From assembly GCA_031431155.1 (NCBI GenBank), contig JANPCW010000204.1:2461-66460 (forward strand): a stretch of DNA of 64,000 bases. The letters are read 5' to 3'. The position numbers were made by a program, and so were the translations under genes. The notes beneath the pieces were generated by a model. The model worked only from the letters and a program-made list of their open reading frames with translations, was not told where the DNA came from and did not search any database. Shown here one piece after another: positions 60,689 through 64,000 of the stretch. This stretch comes from Janthinobacterium sp. Lineage in GTDB: Bacteria; Pseudomonadota; Gammaproteobacteria; Burkholderiales; Burkholderiaceae_D. Position 1 is the first letter of the stretch; every line of letters begins with the position of its first letter.

Positions 60689-60942
60689 ACAAGCCACGGT
60701 ACAAAAGCCCGACCGTCACGGTCGAAGCCGAGTGCAGCCTGAACGAGTTTGACGACGAGCAGCTTGAGGCCGAACTGGCGCACCGACGCGCGAACGTCCA
60801 CATGCTCCCCGACACCCTGGCCGTGCCAGAGGCCGACGTGCATCGAGTCAAGCATCTACGGATGATTGGTCAAAACACCGAGGCCGACAAGCTCGCCATC
60901 GACATCATCACCGAACTCATCAACGCCGAAGAAACATTCTGA
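60685..60942 (+). CDS. hypothetical protein
   Basis: ORF track entry. Confidence 0.55.
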   Translation: MNKPRYKSPTVTVEAECSLNEFDDEQLEAELAHRRANVHMLPDTLAVPEADVHRVKHLRMIGQNTEADKLAIDIITELINAEETF

Positions 60943-60952
60943 AAGGATTGCC

Positions 60953-61255
60953 ATGCTCGAAAAAGGACAAATCACCCACCACGACGGGGGCACCATGATG
61001 GTCGGACCCAAGGCCGTCAACGTGTTCCGCCTCATCACGATCCAGGCGGGGTTGAAGATGCTGCACCGTACCAACGGGCGCATGCTCATCACGCGCACGG
61101 CGACGCCCACGGCGCTGTTCCGGCTCGCGTCCGAAGTCACCGGCGCGAAGTACAAGAGAGGCCAATACGAGAAGGCCATCGCCGAACTCCAAATCACCAT
61201 CGACTTGCGCCGCTCCGAGGAATGCGTCGAAGTTGACGAACGGAGCCGCGCTTGA
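60953..61255 (+). CDS. hypothetical protein
   Basis: Start at MLEKGQITHH within ORF 60866-61255. Confidence 0.55.
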   Translation: MLEKGQITHHDGGTMMVGPKAVNVFRLITIQAGLKMLHRTNGRMLITRTATPTALFRLASEVTGAKYKRGQYEKAIAELQITIDLRRSEECVEVDERSRA

Positions 61256-61482
61256 CGAACGAGCAGTTCACCGTGATCGGCAACCTGATCCGGTCGCGGC
61301 CTGGGCCAGTGCAGAAGGCCGCGCAAGCGGTGCTGGTGGACGGATTCTCGCCGCTGGATGCCGCCGAGCGATTCGGTATCCAGCGGCGGCAGGTTTACAA
61401 CACCGTCCGCGCTTTTCGCTTGGCTGCGGCGAAAATCCTATCAACCACCTGGGACGCTGCGCCCGGAACATTGGAGAGTTGA
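61252..61482 (+). CDS. KorA/TrfB-like HTH transcriptional regulator (tentative)
   Basis: FTVIGNLIRSR..VQKAAQAVLVDGFSPLDAAERFGIQRRQVYNTVRAF resembles TrfB-family repressors. The start codon is TTG. Confidence 0.45.
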   Translation: MTNEQFTVIGNLIRSRPGPVQKAAQAVLVDGFSPLDAAERFGIQRRQVYNTVRAFRLAAAKILSTTWDAAPGTLES

Positions 61483-61483
61483 A

Positions 61484-61663
61484 ATGCCATTCAATGAATT
61501 TACATACGGGCTCGCCTTGGGCCTTCCCATCGGCGCGTTCATCATGCTGGTCGTGCTGTCCATCGCGTCGGCCGGCAAGGACTGGAACAGCGCGCATTCG
61601 GCCTGCACTGGGGATTGCGACCAGGGCAGGAACTGCAACTGTCAAACCAAAGGAACGACATGA
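61484..61663 (+). CDS. small membrane protein with a Cys-rich tail (59 aa)
   Basis: MPFNEFTYGLALGLPIGAFIMLVVLSIASAG...CTGDCDQGRNCNC. Confidence 0.5.
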   Translation: MPFNEFTYGLALGLPIGAFIMLVVLSIASAGKDWNSAHSACTGDCDQGRNCNCQTKGTT

Positions 61664-61878
61664 AAACCGTACCACTGCCGAAGGGCGAAATCATGGGGTC
61701 AAAGATCGAGCTTGGCGCGCGGGTGTTTCTTGTCCGTTACACCGATGCCGAGCTTCGCGCCTACGGCGATGACCGCGTCCGTGCTGTGCTGGAAGCTGCG
61801 ATTGAGGTTTGCGAAGCACAGCCTGACGGCGTTGATCCACGTACCTGCGCGACGCTCATTAGGAGACTGATGCCATGA
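61660..61878 (+). CDS. hypothetical protein (paralog of 62561-62749)
   Basis: The two proteins share a core: LRAYGDDRVRAVLEAAIEV...IRRLMP here and LKAYGDARVRAALEAAVEL...IRRLMP in the paralog. Confidence 0.55.
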   Translation: MKTVPLPKGEIMGSKIELGARVFLVRYTDAELRAYGDDRVRAVLEAAIEVCEAQPDGVDPRTCATLIRRLMP

Positions 61879-61939
61879 CCCGCGAATTGATACAGCAGGC
61901 GCTTGCCGTGCCCGAAAACGTGTGAAAGGAGAATGAAAC

Positions 61940-62389
61940 GTGAAAACCAATCTTGAACTAGCGCAACAATGCGGGTTCACGCCAACCATCGACCCCGCCT
62001 TTGGGTACGCTGACGCTTATAAGCGCGCTGACGCCTTCGCCGCCCTAGTCGAGCAGCGTTACCGCGAGAGGCTGATGGAGATGAAGGTGGAGCCGGTGGG
62101 GTGGCGCTATCCTGACCCTAAAGGCTCAGTTATGCACTGGGACTTGCGTTTTTGGCTTGACCGGCCAAGTGAAAAATGGCGCGAGGGAGAAGAAGCGCTC
62201 TACACCGCCGAACAGTGCGCCGCGAAGGTGGCGCAGGCAATGCCCCAGCGGTTGACGCGGGAGCAGGTTGATGCCTGCCGGGGCAAGGCGATCACGCGGA
62301 CTGATACGAATGCCTTGCCCTTCAGCGATCAGGCTTTCGCCGACGCAATCCAAGACGCGCTTGGCATTAAGGAGCCAGATCATGGGTGA
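61940..62389 (+). CDS. hypothetical protein
   Basis: ORF track entry with a GTG start and a GGAG upstream. Confidence 0.55.
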   Translation: MKTNLELAQQCGFTPTIDPAFGYADAYKRADAFAALVEQRYRERLMEMKVEPVGWRYPDPKGSVMHWDLRFWLDRPSEKWREGEEALYTAEQCAAKVAQAMPQRLTREQVDACRGKAITRTDTNALPFSDQAFADAIQDALGIKEPDHG

Positions 62390-62564
62390 CATGGGCGACA
62401 TCTTCAACGAATGGCGGGCACACAAGAAAGCCCGCCGCGAAAGCCTTGGTCTGCCATGCCCAGCCTGCAAGGTGAATCTACCCAAGGCCCAGCCGAAGAT
62501 TCTGCTGCCGGGACAACGCTGCTGGTGCGGGTATCAAGACCGGCGCATTAAGGAGCAACCATGA
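62382..62564 (+). CDS. small zinc-ribbon protein
   Basis: Start at MGDMGDIF. It has CPAC...CWC Cys pairs. Confidence 0.5.
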   Translation: MGDMGDIFNEWRAHKKARRESLGLPCPACKVNLPKAQPKILLPGQRCWCGYQDRRIKEQP

Positions 62565-62749
62565 CCAAAGTACCACTGCCGATGGTCTTCCAATTCGAGC
62601 CAGGACCAGTGCGTTATAGCGCCGACCAACTCAAAGCCTACGGCGATGCCCGCGTCCGTGCTGCGCTTGAGGCGGCGGTTGAACTTGTCGAACAGATGGG
62701 CAGCAAGCCGCTGTCCTGCGCCGACGCCATCAGGAGATTGATGCCATGA
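62561..62749 (+). CDS. hypothetical protein (paralog of 61660-61878)
   Basis: ORF track entry. The similarity is described under the paralog. Confidence 0.55.
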   Translation: MTKVPLPMVFQFEPGPVRYSADQLKAYGDARVRAALEAAVELVEQMGSKPLSCADAIRRLMP

Positions 62750-63066
62750 CCGACTTGCAGATCGACCGCGCCCTGGCTCTGGCTATTGGGTGGAGGCAGG
62801 AGCAGATGCACGTTAGCGGTTCGTGGCTCTACGTGCATTTCGCTCCGTCCAGGTCCATTAATTCCGGATGGCGTCGCCTCTTCCACAAAGACCCCACCGT
62901 GATCTGGCCCATCGCGGAGCGATTTGATTGCTTTCCGTATGTGATTACTTTTGGCGTGTGGCGGTCGCGCTGCGAAATCAACGGGCAGGCTACCTTTCGC
63001 ATCCACATCAACCCCTGCACCGCTGTAGCCCTTGCCGTGATTGCGGCTCATGGAGGTGGGAAATGA
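62746..63066 (+). CDS. DUF2591-like phage protein (tentative)
   Basis: The N-terminus LQIDRALALAIGW resembles that family. Confidence 0.45.
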   Translation: MTDLQIDRALALAIGWRQEQMHVSGSWLYVHFAPSRSINSGWRRLFHKDPTVIWPIAERFDCFPYVITFGVWRSRCEINGQATFRIHINPCTAVALAVIAAHGGGK

Positions 63067-63329
63067 AAGTCTATTTCATGTACGACAACCATACCTTTTC
63101 GCCTGTTGGCGGTAGTCAGACGCCGCGACAAACCATGCAACAGAACCTGACCGCGCTGTTTCAAGAAGATGGCTGCGGTGTGGCCTTCGCGCGTAACAGT
63201 CAAGGTAGCGGCATAGGCAAGCCTTTGCATGGCAGGCGGCTGGATTCAGGCAGGTACGGAGCAACAACGCAAAGCATTGATGAGTTCCTCGACGCCGTGG
63301 AAGAAGAGTTAAATTGGGAGTGCAGATGA
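63063..63329 (+). CDS. hypothetical protein
   Basis: Start at MKVYFMYD (ATGA overlap). Confidence 0.5.
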   Translation: MKVYFMYDNHTFSPVGGSQTPRQTMQQNLTALFQEDGCGVAFARNSQGSGIGKPLHGRRLDSGRYGATTQSIDEFLDAVEEELNWECR

Positions 63330-63616
63330 CAAAAATCCCAACATGGCGGGAGCGGTGCAACCGGCATCCCGACCACCAAAGCGGCATGGTCACCAGCACC
63401 ATGATTCAGGCGCGGATGAACGAAGAGATCGCCGACCTGCGCGCTGCGCTCACCAAGGCCCGCAGGATGGCGAGGAAGCCTGATTGCAAGTGGACGTTCG
63501 ATGACGATGGCTTCTGGCTATCCAAGTGCGGCGAGGCGTATTGCTTCAATGATGGCGGGCCGAAAGAGAATGAAGTCAAGTTCTGCCACGGTTGTGGCGG
63601 AAAGGTGAAGCTATGA
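63326..63616 (+). CDS. hypothetical protein with a C-terminal Cys cluster
   Basis: Start at MTKIPTWRERC (ATGA overlap with the upstream stop). The protein ends in CHGCGG. Confidence 0.55.
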   Translation: MTKIPTWRERCNRHPDHQSGMVTSTMIQARMNEEIADLRAALTKARRMARKPDCKWTFDDDGFWLSKCGEAYCFNDGGPKENEVKFCHGCGGKVKL

Positions 63617-64000
63617 CCCGCGCCCTGATACAGCAGCTTCGTGATGCGCTAACGGTTTGCAAGACCGCAGAGTCGCTGCGGAGCGTTCCAACGATGGCCG
63701 TCATCCAGATTGCAGGCGACGCCATCGCAGCAGCAGACGCCGCCCTTGCGCAGCCTGAGCAGGAGCCGATTGGTTGGGTTGACCCTATAGACCTGATGCG
63801 CTTAAAGCACTGCGCGTTTATGTCTATCGGTGTCGAGGGCGGCTGGGGTGGGAACCAGAAAGACTTTCCCCAAAAGGCGCCTATTTACACCGCCCCACCA
63901 GTCCCCGCAAGGGTGCCGATGACACCCGATGAAATGCGGAATCTCATCGGTTGGAAGATGACTACCCATGAAGTAGTCCGCGCAGTCGAAGCGTATCACG
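63613..64000 (+). CDS. hypothetical protein, partial (runs off the window end)
   Basis: Hand translation MTRALIQQLRDALTVCKTAESL... stays open to 64000. Its ATG overlaps the upstream stop. Confidence 0.5.
   Translation, partial: MTRALIQQLRDALTVCKTAESLRSVPTMAVIQIAGDAIAAADAALAQPEQEPIGWVDPIDLMRLKHCAFMSIGVEGGWGGNQKDFPQKAPIYTAPPVPARVPMTPDEMRNLIGWKMTTHEVVRAVEAYH

Noticed and set aside
1-64000. tRNA, rRNA, integrase/att sites and a lysis cassette
   Set aside because: Reading the intergenic regions showed no cloverleaf-like T-arm or anticodon patterns. No recombinase, endolysin or spanin motifs appeared in the translations. These elements may lie outside the window, and a tRNAscan or HMM run would be needed to be certain.

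Overview
The window is a contiguous, tightly packed, GC-rich tailed-phage or prophage segment. The composition and gene content suggest a beta-proteobacterial host and a podovirus-like layout. There are four transcription blocks. (1) 1-4097, minus strand: early or accessory genes ending at a Cro/CI-like HTH gene. (2) 4219-9103, plus strand: a recombination module with a KTSC protein, an annealing-protein candidate, a PD-(D/E)XK exonuclease and a ParB-like nuclease. (3) 9098-56641, minus strand: one long morphogenesis operon. It runs terS, terL, portal, scaffold, HK97-type capsid, adaptor/tail proteins, internal/ejection proteins including a single 5,243-codon ORF, tail fibre and a tandem-repeat protein. 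(4) 56770-64000, plus strand: many small early genes, including a RadC-like JAB protein and a KorA/TrfB-like HTH protein. I found no rRNA, tRNA, CRISPR array, integrase or recognisable lysis cassette. The main observations are listed here. The giant polyvalent virion-module protein carries a DNA methyltransferase, an Sbno/SNF2-type helicase and two HExxH modules. A complete HNH gene is encoded antisense inside that ORF without interrupting it. Two paralogous inteins without an N-terminal nucleophile sit in the P-loops of the helicase and of terL. Homing-endonuclease-type elements are very frequent: HNH, two HNH-AP2, a GIY-YIG remnant and two LAGLIDADG inteins. A SAM-methyltransferase/GT9-glycosyltransferase fusion lies inside the structural operon. 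One late gene carries about 25 tandem coding repeats. Two large structured non-coding gaps share a 21-nt box. All functional calls come from motif recognition by eye on the supplied translations; no database search was run.
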